64,000 nt of DNA from Isurus oxyrinchus (lineage: Eukaryota). The notes under the pieces are model-generated. The model did not search any database. It saw nothing but the letters and a program-made list of their open reading frames with translations, and was not told where the DNA came from. The stretch is from positions 80,414,001 to 80,478,000 of the forward strand of contig JANJGN010000015.1 in the NCBI GenBank assembly GCA_026770705.1. Reading direction: 5' to 3'. Made by a program: the position numbers and the translations under genes. Shown here one piece after another: positions 26,661 through 38,639 of this stretch (positions are counted from its first letter, which is position 1; every line of letters starts with the position of its first letter).

Positions 26661-28629
26661 TAACACCTCATACATTTTTCTAATGGGCAGTGCGATTACA
26701 TCAGACCAGTCAACTGGACCTGCAGTAATCAGAGGTTATTTTCATAGTCGACCATGGGAACATTTTATTGGCTAGCTGCAAACTACAAAGTAGAGTTTTG
26801 TTGCTTTTGTTTCTGGGTAAAACAACAGAAGAAGCAAATCTTGTCTCCACTGTAAGAGCAAACACATCCTATAACCTCCCCACCACCCCCACCCCTCTGC
26901 CGAGTCACAGGAGGTTGAAGATGCCTGAAATCATGTTCCACAATATCTTCCCCTGATGCAATGGGCTTTACCCCTGGAAAAACAGAAAGCTTAACCAATC
27001 AGTGTAACAACACCCATCTGGAGAATTAGAATCAGCCAGTGTTCAACCCAAGCATTCAGTCAGTGGGTTAAAATGGTACAAATTATCCATAAGAATTGAC
27101 TACATGAAAGTGATTGTATGTGCTATCTCACCTGTATGACAAACAGCTACAAAAGCAATCGCAGATTGCTCTGACCTCCAGTTTGCTACAGGCTAATACG
27201 TGGCAAAGATTCAACCAGTCCCTGAGCAAGGATGCATTTTCCGGCTCCCTATCTCAACTGGCAGGAGTGTTCTGCATACAAACACAGTGTCAGCTCTGCT
27301 AGATCCACTGAACAGTATAGAACAGCTCACTCACACCCAGGATCTAAGCTAATTTCTGTTTTTCATAACTTTATTTCCATTTTTATTCCCTTCCTTTCTC
27401 AAAGGAGCTGGCATAATTCAACTGGGAGCCCTGCCTGATCTGGCCCAAGACTCAGCTTCACCCCTGCCCCCCTCTGTCTGCTGCACATGTTGTAGTTAAA
27501 AAGTATGAAAAAGGAGCTGGATGGCCTTGAGTGATCACTAGCCCTGGGTTCAAAGCCCAGTTTATGAGAACACAAGCACTTCCCCTCGCAGGGATGACTC
27601 ATTTGCCATTTAGAAAGTGTGGAATGCTCAATGTACGTTGGATGCATTATATGGGAAAAAATGGCCCTTATTTCAAATACCAGCTAATTAATAACCATGA
27701 ATTGTGAGTGGAAGAACAGATTGAAGAGCTGTCTGAATAACTACAGATACAACACCTGCCTTGACCAATAGTTGCCCCAACAAGTTTCAATGCTATAGGA
27801 ATTAATCTTTCGAAACCCTGGCTAACAATCGAAGCCTTCGAATTCACAAGATGCATGAAACAAATGAAACGAAATTTCAGAATTATTGCTTGATATACAA
27901 ATATTGTAATCTTCACAGGATGAATTCTGTTTATCACTATTTCACAGGTGATTAATAACGCACCATCTAAAGTTCTTACAGTGAAGCATGGTGAAGCAGT
28001 TACCATGCAGTTCCACAAAAAATACTGCCCTCAAGAACACTCTAAAGCTCAGTCTAAAACTGAAACAATCAGCAATATTGGGAGGGAAGCTGTGCAGCAG
28101 ATTAAGAATCTGAGACTGACCCACATTCTGGCAGCACTGTTGTTAAGCTGAAATAAATGTAAAACCTCCTGTTGTGAAGAATTCACTGTTCTTCTGTTTC
28201 AACCATGACTTCTGTGCTTTACCCCTAATTTCTCAATGAAAGACTTCACTTGCTTAAAAGAAAGTAACTAGGATATGTCCCGCAGTGTTGACAGGATGAT
28301 ATCAGGACCAACAACAAGAGGTTGAGAATCCTGACATCACCATTGGTGAGAATGCAGCGCCGTCTCCACATGCAAGGTGGATTTTTCTAGAAATAACTCA
28401 ATGTGTGTCACCTCTCAGCACCACATTCATTTGGAGAAGATTAACAAGCAATCCTGGAATTGCTGAAAAGCTTTGCGAACACATACTGCGAAAAGTGGAC
28501 GGGCCTGGTTCGGTTGTGTTAGTATTCAGCTTTGAAACCTGATGCTAATCTAATAATTGTTGAAACTCATGTTGCTACGAATATGGCTAGTGGTTGTTAC
28601 ACGGCCCCACCAGTATAACTTCTTGTCCT

Positions 28630-28765
28630 TGAGCTCTGAAGAGGTCATACGGACACGAAACATCAACCCTGTTTCAATCTCCACAGATGCTGCCAGACCT
28701 GCTGAGTTATTCCAGCATTTTCTATTTTTACTTCAGATTTCCAGCATCCATTGTATTTTGCCTTT
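28630..28765 (+). mobile_element. Solo Penelope pLTR fragment with hammerhead motif
   Basis: gagctCTGAAGAggtc-atacg-gacacGAAACATCaacc followed by gatgctgccagacctgctgag..tccagcattttct. Confidence 0.75.
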
Positions 28766-28979
28766 AACTTTTTGTCCTTCCCTAGTTTGCAGTTATATAG
28801 CACAAATGTACACATTCAGCTGCCAGCATTCACAGAAATGCAGGATTTGCAACCGCGATTCCCAGGTTCAACCAACGAGGGAGGGGAAGTGGCAGGCATC
28901 ACCCTGGGCTCTCTTAAATCTGCTAACAGTTACAACAGAATCCCATCTGCTTGGAAAGCAGCACTGAAGAAATACAAAG

Positions 28980-31900
28980 TATAGTAATTATCATTTTGAT
29001 AAACGTAGGACTGTAGCTTTAAGACATGTAGCTGCTGCTGCTGTCTTGTAAATAAAGTTAAATATTTCCACCAAGAAAAGTTGCCTGGAAAATCAACTCT
29101 ATAACAAACCGGTAATGAGGATAAATCAGGTCCGGTACTGTCCCTCGCCCAGCAATTGTGAGGGTCTAAGATAATTAAAAAGAAAGGAAGGTATACTCAT
29201 CCAAAATGCCACAGTTTGGCAGAATCAATCCCTTTGAACCAGCCACAGACGACTAGTCCCAATGTATAGAATGTCTTGCATTCTACTTTCAAGCCAATGA
29301 AATCATGGGGGAGGAGAAGAGGAGAGTGATTCTTCTGAGTACCTGTGGAAGCAAAACCTACAGTTTAATTCAAAGCTTGATGGCTCCCAGTGCCCCAGGT
29401 GCAAAGACTTTCAGTGAATTAGTACAGCTCGTTAAGGGACATTTTTAAAACAAGCCCTTAGTCACAATGCAGAGGTTCAGATTCAATTCAGGGAATAGAG
29501 GCCTGGGAGAGACCATTCTACCTATGTGGTGAAATTAAAACAGCTAACAGAATATTGTGATTTTGGTGAAACCCTGAATGACATGTTCAGGGGTCGTTTG
29601 GCATGCAGGCTGCAGGAGGATGCTATTCAGCGAAGGTTACTGGCTAAAGTGGTTCTTAAGAAAGCGTTAGGAGTAGACTTGCGATGGAAAGCGCTGTAAG
29701 GGATTCACAAGCGATCCTAGATGCGCAAAATGGCAGTGTTCTTAGTTGGGCAGGAACAGTCAGCTGAAAAGCTGGGACTCCGCCACGAAGCGGGAAACCG
29801 CCCTCGCTCACCGAAAATTTAGAGGAAACAGCTTAGCAGCAAAGGCGAAAACTAATTTTTTATTGACATGGAAACAATCATACGCCTAATGATTAGCAAT
29901 TTAAAAAGGTGGAGTATTATCTTTGTCACAGAAGTAGACACGTATTGTAACATTGCAAAGCGAGATTTTAACAGGCTTCCGGGCAACAATCAAAGTCCAA
30001 TGAAGTATATAGCGTAGAAGAGCCAGAAACAACCAATTCTGACATTTATTCTTCATTCAACACGAAAGTTGGGAAGACAGAGCCAATTATTGTCACAGTG
30101 CAAGTGAATGGTAAACCCTTAAAAATGGAAGTTTTCACTGGTGTTTCTACCACTGTAAAAGGAGAACACACTTTCAGGTACTTAAATAAAGGTGCTCAAC
30201 AATTAAATTTAGAACAAATCTCTGACAACTTAAAATCATACACAGGCGAAGAAATCCAGGTAAAATGTATCACCAGGGTAACAGTTCATTATAGATACCA
30301 AAAAGCACAACTATCAGTGATGGTATTAGATGGCAGCGGACCAAGCCTTGTAGGTAGAAAGTGGTTGAAGGAAATTAACCTTGATTAGCCAGTGAGATTT
30401 CAAAAGGAAGCAGGAAGAGTTCCTGAGTTGAAAAAGGAACAAGACAAGATACTTCGGGAAAAGTCTGGAGAGTCAAAGGGCCGCAAATGGATGAAAAAGG
30501 AGTGCGTAGCCATTCAGCAACCTGAAGAAATGAAGACTGTCTTAAACAATGACATGGAAGAACAACAGAAGAAACTCAGGGAGACTCTGCTGAATGTCAG
30601 AATTGAAGATGAAGTGAATGAGTTTTGCAAAGAAAAGGAAAACCTATTAAAAGACATTCACACACGACAACGATCCCTCAGGTCAAAGTTTGTACCTCTG
30701 CAAAATTACAAAGAGAAACAGAAAGAATTTAACGTCATTCTGAACAAACTGAGGAACCAGTTGGCAGGGAACATACAGCAATGTTCAAGGTTCCAGGAGG
30801 AAGCCAACAGATACAAGGAGACAGAAGAGCTGAAAATCAGCTAAATTAAACTTTGGAAGTAAAAGTCGTAGAACTTTCCAAGATGCGAGTAGCATCAAGT
30901 CAAGAGTAGCTCAACTACTGAACTAAGACAAGTTGAGATTTCACCTGAGAAAAGTCTGGCCGGCAGTGAAGTCAGAAAGAAGGCCAAGACTAAATTTTGC
31001 AGTAAAAATAAGACACAAAAGAAGAGGATGCAGAATTTTTGATCCAGTGCCGTCTTCGAACAAAACTAAGCCTGGTACTCCCCAATTTGAGAGGGAAGGT
31101 GGAGAAAAGTTAAGAGAACCAAAAAACGACTCATGGTTTGCATAGTCGTGAGAACAACTCGTGTTGGAGAAGCAGAATATGTAAAGAATTTCAGTGGAGG
31201 ACCAAAGTGGTTACCTGGTAAAGTAAGCTCTGTGACCGGACCATTGTCGTACCACGTGGAATTGGAGGGCTGGTTCACCCGTAAACATGTGGATCATTTA
31301 AAATGAGAGATATCCCAATAAAATTATATAACCATTGCTGAACCTGTGGTTCCTGTTAAAGTTACTCAACCAAGGGCAGACATGCCCAAAGTCTCTGTCA
31401 GAGTGGATGACACTGAACTGCCTGTGCCTAATGAGGTACCTGAAGTTAATGCAGTTCCAGAGAACGTGGTTCCTGCCAAAGAATCAGAAGTCATGGAGCG
31501 ACAACGTTCCACACAGATCAGGAAGCCACCCGAAAGACTGAACTTGTAATTTCATGATCTGTGTAGATATTGTAACATCATGAGATAAGTATCATTGTAA
31601 ATTCAAAATGTCCGGAAAAATTAAAGGGGGAGGAATTTAGCAATTACAGTTTTGATGAACATAGTACTGTAGCTTTAAGAATAATCCTGTGTTGTAAGAT
31701 CACATGATCTATGCAAACCAATCAATTAGCAACGTGGGGAACCTCTAGGAGAGAGTTCTTATTTAGTTATAAGGAAACATTCCCCCCCACCCCACCCCCG
31801 GTAGGGGAGGTGTTGTCCAGGGACGAATGCAAACCCAATCGGCGCACCCAATCGGGGCCACGCAGCTATTTTACATGGGCGGGCCAATTAAGGTTGGACA

Positions 31901-32211
31901 GGCAGCTCATTTAATTGCTTTAATTAGTTTTTAACAGGGCTTAATAGGCCTTTCACAGTTTGGCCGGCGCGCAGCCAAGTCGACGGTGCGCCCACCAAAC
32001 TGGAATTCTAAATGAAGCACAGTGACGTCAGGACGCACGTCCGATGTCACCGTGTGTCATTTTACATGTTGGCAAGCCGGCCCCACCCCCACTCGCCAAC
32101 CAAAGAATTCAGCCCATAGAGTTTGATGCATACATGTAGTTGCTGCTGTCTTGTACATGAAGTTAAATGTGCCCACCAAGAAACGTTGCCTGAAAAATCA
32201 GCTCTATAACA
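28980..32211 (+). mobile_element. Internally deleted Gypsy/Ty3 LTR retrotransposon (5' LTR about 28980-29106, 3' LTR about 31636-32211)
   Basis: Both LTRs share ttttgat.aac.tag.actgtagctttaag and ctctataaca ends. A CpG-decayed tRNA-Ser-like PBS follows 29106. Decayed gag starts at about 29206 (MPQFGRINPF). Protease ORF 30098-30388 (VNGKPLKMEVFTG...GPSLVGRKWL). IN C-terminus VKNFSGGPKWLPGKV...HVDHL, ending RKPPERLNL*. PPT aaagggggagg at 31623. Confidence 0.88.
31772..32115 (-). mobile_element. Harbinger-type MITE inserted in the Gypsy 3' LTR
   Basis: 3-bp TSD ata/ata, terminus gaattcagccc, and motifs shared with the 16565 family. Confidence 0.75.
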
Positions 32212-32676
32212 TCGAGAAATCCCACAGAACAGAAAGAAAACAAGGAATGAGAACAGAGATGGCAATTTTAATTGTAAATTTCCAAGCATCCTCTTGCTCT
32301 AACTGCACAGTCTGTTTCGTCCTGCAGGAATCCGCCATTTAAATACATGGGACAATGACAGACACTCTAAGCTCAGTGCTTAAGCTATCTTTATTAGAAT
32401 GTTTAGCATTTCTATTTCAAAACATGGTTGGGATAACTTTTAGATTTAGAAAATATAAAGAAATGTTTTATTCCTCAATGATTCTGCATTCAGATGGATA
32501 AGGTCACAGGAGGGTGCTTGTCAAAACCAGAGCTCACAGAAACCACCCAGTTCTGCTAAAAGAGGAATCCGGGTGAAGCGAAAGTTGGACCAGAAATATG
32601 TATACTTTCCATTTATCTTGGTTAATCTACACAGGAAGCTGAAAATGAGGTTTTCGTAAACAGTAGAATACTTGAA

Positions 32677-35136
32677 ATGGATATTGGTGGACAGTCTATC
32701 ACCAGAAATTGAGACAGAGAGGTCAAGGAAGAGAAGGGAAGTGTCAGAGATGGACCATGTGAAAATGATGGAGGGTGGAGATTGGAAGCAAAATTAATAA
32801 ATTTTTCCAGGTCCCGACGAGAGCATGAAGCAGTACTGAAGTAATCATCGATGTACCAGAGAAAGATTTGGGGGCGGGGCCGGAGTAGGACTGGAACAAG
32901 GAATGTTCCACATACCCCATAAAGAGACAAGCATAGCTGGGGCCCATGCGGGTACCCATAGCCACACTTTTATTTGGAGGAAGTGAGAGGAGTTGAAGGT
33001 GAAATTGTTCAGTGTGAGAACAAGTTCAGCCAGACGGAGGAGAGTAGTGGTGGATGGGGATTGTTTGGGCCTCTGTTCGAGGAAGAAGCTAAGGGTTCTC
33101 AGACTGGTGGAGGATGGAGTTGTAGAGGGATTGGACGTCCATGGTGAAGAGGAGGCGGTTGGGGCCAGGGAACTGGAAATTGTTGATGTGACGTAAGGTG
33201 TTAGAGGAATCACGGATGTAGGTAGGAAGGGACTGGACGAGGGGAGAGAGAAGGGAGTCAAGATAGCGAGAAATGAGTTCCGTGGGGCAGGAACAGGCTG
33301 ACACGATCGGTCTGCCAGGACAGTCCTGTTTGTGGATTTTGGGTAGGAGGTAGAAGCGGGCCGTCTGAGGTTGGGCGACTATCAGGTTGGAAGCTGTGGG
33401 AGGAAGATCTCCAGAGGAGATGAGGTCAGTGACAGTCCTGGAAACAATGGCTTGATGTTCAGTGGTGGGGTCATGGTCCAGGGAGAGGTAGGAGGAAGTG
33501 TCTGCGAGTTGACACTCAGCCTCTGCGAGGTAGAGGTCAGTGTGCCAGACAACAGCACCACCTTTGTCAGCAGGTTTGACCTGAGGGTTAGGGTTGGACC
33601 TGAGAGAACGGAGTGCAGTAAGTTCAGAGAGAGACAGGTTAGAATGGGTGAGAGGAGCAGAGAAATTGAGATGACTAATGTCACGCCGACAGTTCTCAAT
33701 GAAAAGATCAAGAGAAGGTAAGAATCCAGAGGGAGGGGTCCAGGTGGAGGGAGAATATTGGAGGTGGGTAAAAGGATCTGTTGAACTGGGAAAGGATTAC
33801 TGCCCAAAGAAGTGAGCACGGAGATGAAGGCGGCGGAAGAAGAGTTCAGCTTCGTGCCGAGCCCGAAATTCATTGAGATGAGGGCATAAGGGTATGAAAC
33901 TAAGTCCTTTGCTGAGCACTGAACGTTCAGCGTCGGAGAGGGGATGGTCAGGGGGTATAATGAATACACAGCTGGGGCTGGGATTGGAAGATGGGGTGGG
34001 GACCCCACCGGCCTCCGCATTCAAAGGATCATCCTCCGTCATTTCCGCCAACTCCAGCATGATGCCACCACCAAACACATTTTCCTTTCTCCCTCCCTGG
34101 TGGCATTCCGTAGGGATCATTCCCTCCTGGACACCCTGGTCCACTCCTGCATCACCCCGTACTCCTCAACCCCCTCCTATGGCACCTCCCATGCATACGC
34201 AAAAGATGCAACACCTGCCCCTTCACTTCCTCTCTCCTCACCATCCAAGGGCCCAAACACTCCTTTCAAGTGAAGCAGCATTTCACTTGCATTTCCCCCA
34301 ACTTAGTCTACTGCATTCGTTGCTCCCAATGCGGTCTCCTCTACATTGGAGAGACCAAATGCAAACTCGGTGACTGCTATGCAGAACACCTGCGGTCTGT
34401 CCGCAAGAATGACCCAAATCTCCCTGTCGCTTGCCATTTTAACACTCCACCCTGCTCTCTTGCCCACATGTCTGTCCTTGGCTTGCTGCATTGTTCCAGT
34501 GAAGCCCAGCGCAAACTGGAGGAACAGCACCTCATCTTCCGACTAGGCACTTTACGGCCTTCCGGACTGAATATTGAATTCAACAACTTTAGATCTTGAA
34601 CTCCCTCCCCCATCCCCACCCCTTTTCTGTTTCCTCCACCTCCCTTTTGTTTTTTCCAATAATTTATATAGATTTTTCTTTTCCCACCTATTTCCATTAT
34701 TTTTAAATCTATACCTTCTATGCCGTTAGTCTTATTTCACCCCACCCCCACTAGAGCTGTACCTTGAATGTCCTGCCATCCATTCTTAATTAGCACATTC
34801 TCTTAGATAATATTACCACCTTCAACACCTCTTTGTTCTTTTGTCTGTGACATCTTTTGATTATCTGCTCCTTTCACTGCTTGCTTGTCCCTACAACCAC
34901 CCCCCCCACTTCTCTCCCCCCCAACCCCCCACTCCTCACTCCTCACCACCGCCCCCCCACCCCCACCCCCCCCCCCCCCCCCCCCACCCTCCATCTTAAA
35001 CCAGCTTATATTTCACCCCTCTCCTACTTTTACTCAGTTCTGCTGAAGGGTCATGAGGACTCGAAATGTCAACTTTATTCTTCTCCGCCGATGCTGCCAG
35101 ACCCGCTGAGTTTTTCCAGGTAATTCTGTTTTTGTT
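32677..35136. mobile_element. Penelope-like element with 5' inversion: N-terminus and RT on minus (32677-34003), GIY-YIG and pLTR on plus (34004-35136)
   Basis: Minus: LSKGLSFIP, FTMDVQSLY, AMGTRMGPSYA, WYIDD. Plus: NLVYCIRCSQCGLLYIGET...EH...HF...GLNIEF (34270-34599), then a pLTR with a C-rich tract. Confidence 0.92.
35036..35075 (+). ncRNA. Minimal type I hammerhead ribozyme-like motif in PLE pLTR (variant core)
   Basis: agtt-CTGCTGA-a-gggtc/atgag/gactc-GAAA-tGTC-aact. Stems I and II pair. Core position 6 deviates from CUGANGA. PLE pLTRs are known to carry minimal hammerheads. Confidence 0.55.
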
Positions 35137-37144
35137 GTGGTCAAATCTCATGTTGTGAACCTGAATGGAACCTGCAGAATCCACAAACAGGAGGTTCTGA
35201 GCTTTGCAAGTCTCTACAACAGCTATTATACGAGTGCCCTACTACATTATCAGTGAGTTATTCTGAGACACAGGCAAGAAGTTACTGTTGTTGACATCAG
35301 TGGATCCACATCTGTCAAAGAATTGTGAATATGAACAATAACTTGCACTTATATATCTCCTTTAATGTAACCCATGTTAACGGTTTTAAATAGGTGAATC
35401 TCTCCATTAAAATGGCAAAGGAATAGTTCTTTCATACGAAGTAACACATCAGAAAACATTTACATTTAATTAACATGTTACTATGGTTGATAAATCATTA
35501 AAGTACACTGAAAAAAATCATTATTTCTCAGCCATGGCATCAGAACCTCCCAGAAAATACATGTTAAATGTGATGCACAGAATTCCCACTTCTAATCTTA
35601 ACACTGTTTCATAGATTCAGTGACATGCTGGTGTGTTACAGTTCACTCAGGGAGTCTGAGTTGCTGTGGCAACATGCACTTCTACATTCATTGCTGTAGT
35701 CTGAAGCTATGGATACTGATGGTAGAGGCTCCAGCTTCCTTTTGTCACATGGCTGACCAGGAATCGCTTTGAGCACCTGCTAGCAGCACGCATTGGAAGC
35801 GCTTGCAGGTTGATACTCAACCTGTTTGGGCACACTATGAATGCATCTTCCTTGGCCATGAAGCCCTACAGCAGCACTTGAAGCTGAGCTTCTGGCTCAG
35901 AATCAGGGACACTACCCACTGGGCCACATTCAGTGATATAGTTAAAGCTTAATGGTCCCCTTCTATGTTCTATGCCATGAAGAGTCCGTTGACTCTCAAA
36001 CTGGGGCATGATAAGTTGGAGAGAGAAAATGAAAGACACATCAGAAAAAAAAATCCCAAGAAAGGTGAGTTGAGAGAAGTAGAAAGTAGAAGAGACACTC
36101 AGAGAGAGAGAGAAAGATATATATATATATATGCACATTCAAAAAGCGATTTATCTTCCAAATGGAAGAAAGCTTGTCGATTGAAAACATCCAACCAGCC
36201 AGGAGAAAGGTTGATTTTTTTTAGGCCAGGAATATTCATGTCTTCGTTGTTTTTGGATCTGTAAACCCACCGAGCAGCTGGGGCAATCACTGAATTAGGC
36301 TCTTCGGGGATTGCAAATCTCCTCTCAGCAATGAATCTGATTGACAATCAAGATATTATCAACAGGGATGGGATGATGAAGCAAAGAAAATACAGCCATA
36401 TCCCTTCTGTCCCAAGTTATATTAGTACAATCTGCCCAGGCATTGTTCCTGCAACAGATAGTCTCACCCATGTCATAATGAGGAAAAACTGAAAGATCTA
36501 CATCTATCATCTATCAGCTTGTCCCTGTTTTAATTTCCATAGCTCCATACATTTGAAGCAAAGCAAGTGGACCAGGATCCTGAGCTTTGTTCATTTTATT
36601 TAAGTATTTAGGCTGCTTCTCCTACAAATCATGTTGGGTCAAAAAGCTGGAAATGACATACAGCTGAAAAGAGGATTTCCCTCTCTATAACAACCTCAAA
36701 GGTGATTTTTTTCTTACATTTTTAATAAGGATATTTATAAAATAACTGAAGGTACATGGTAATAACTGAAACTCGGACACTTAATTCATAGCAATGATTG
36801 CAATCACTTAAAATGTGTTAATCTGATGCAATCCACAAAGAATAAAACTCAGACCAGTGTCAGCGAGGGTCAGATTAATGATCATCCCTCAATGAAATTC
36901 TTCATCTCCTCTCACTTCCATCTTTTCAAAGGACCTCAAAAGAAGCTGGAGTTTTAATTTGCCATTCACCAAAATTATTTGCATTTTGTATGGAGACATG
37001 AAGAAAGGAGACTGAATACCAATAAACCCCCAACACCAGCAGTATTTACACTCTCAACCTCTTTTGTTAGCTACACATTTCTCTTACTGAGGTAGACAGA
37101 CCAGGTCCACAGATAAAAGCCAGTTATTCTCTCAACAACACAGA

Positions 37145-37765
37145 AGCATCTGGCAGAGGCAGATACATCTAGCCAAGAGAGGTACATCTGGTGGAGGTAG
37201 GTACATCTGACTGGGTCAGATACATCTGGTCAAGGCAGGTACCTCTGATGGAGGCAGGTACTTCTGACCACGGCAGGTACATCTGGCAGAGGCAGGTACC
37301 TCTGACAGAGGAAGATACATTTGGCCAAGACAGGTACATCTGGCAGAGGCAGGTGCATCTGGTCAAGGCAGGTACATCTGGCAGAGTCAGGTACATCTGG
37401 TCAAGGCAGGCACACCTGGCCATGGCAGGTACATCTGGCAGAGGCAGGTACATCTGGCCAAGGAAGGTACCTCTGACGCAGGCAGGTACTTCTGACCATG
37501 GCAGGTACATCTGGCAGAGGCAGGTACATCTGGTCAAGGCAGGTACATCTGGCACAGGCAGGAACATCTGGCAGAGGCAGGTACATCTGACAGAGGCAGA
37601 TACATCAGGTCAAGGCAGGTACATCTGGCAGAGGCAGGTACATCTGGCAGAGGCAGGTGCATCTAGCCAAGGAAGGTACGTTTGAAGGAGGCAGGTACTT
37701 CTGACCACGGCAGGTACACCTGGCCGAGACAGGTACATCTGGCCAAGGCAGATACATCTGACATC
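37145..37765. repeat. 19-bp minisatellite, about 32 copies (gcaggtacatctggcagag variants)
   Basis: catct recurs at 37147, 37166, 37185 and onward. The overlapping ORFs are 19-aa (3x19 nt) repeats. Confidence 0.95.
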
Positions 37766-37846
37766 TGCAAAATAGGCAGCAACAGCAACGCATTCAATTA
37801 TTTTTAAATTAGCTTCTGTCCAGCTCGAAACTGCAACATCATGTGG

Positions 37847-38062
37847 AAGCAAAATACTGCAGATGCTGGAAATCTGAAATAAAATCAGAAAATGCTGAAA
37901 ATATTCAGCAGGTCTGGCACAATGTGCAAAGGAAAATAAAGTTAGCTTTTGGAGTTGAACCTGAACTGAAGAAGACTTATATTGGATTTGAAATGTTAAT
38001 TCTGTTTCTCCCTCCCCAGATGCTGGTAGACCTGCTGAGTATTTCCAGCACTTTCTGTTTTT
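37847..38062. mobile_element. Old inverted pair of Penelope pLTR fragments
   Basis: Left aaatgctgaaaatattcagcaggtctggca is the imperfect reverse complement of right tggtagacctgctgagtatttccagcacttt. A degenerate CTGAAGA...GAAATGTT hammerhead is at about 37966-38000. Confidence 0.75.
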
Positions 38063-38639
38063 ACATCAACCTGGAAACATTGGTAATTTTCAATGAACAC
38101 ATTCAGTGCTTTACTCTGCCTTAACTTAAATATTCATAACTTTCAGTTAGGACTTTTAATGCGAGAGCAGTGAGTATGCCCTCGATCACTGCAGTATTCT
38201 TTCACATAGTAATATGGATGATTAGGGCTGCAGCATGTTGCATGCAAACAAGCCCTCTCTGTGCTGAATTCAGATACCATAGGTTCCACTTTTCTTCATT
38301 CATCTGGTGCTCATTCATCTGTGAACCATGACAGTGAGTTTTGGCAGGATCTTCAACAACAGATGCATCACAACAAGCTCATTCATGATCTCACCTAAAG
38401 CCCACACACAAGCACATACTTCTAACAGGACTTGAACACTGACCAAGAACCAGTCATCCCTGATTGTTTCTCTCTTCCCTACCCAGGAATACTGAAACCA
38501 ATGTTTAATACCCCTTCAGAAAATTCAGTACAGCCCACGGATTAAAGCCAGGAACATGTACACCATTCAGCTCAGCACCCTTATCCACTGAGCCATTGGG
38601 TTGCCACAAGTACAAAATTATTAGTCTTGCTGAAATTAG

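Noticed and set aside
35769-35820. miR-15/16-like seed TAGCAGCACG within a hairpin
   Set aside because: The hairpin is only about 52 nt, and a 22-nt mature sequence would run through the loop. The sequence after the seed does not match miR-15/16.
37169-37852. 132-164 aa repetitive ORFs
   Set aside because: They are a by-product of the 19-bp minisatellite and are open on both strands.
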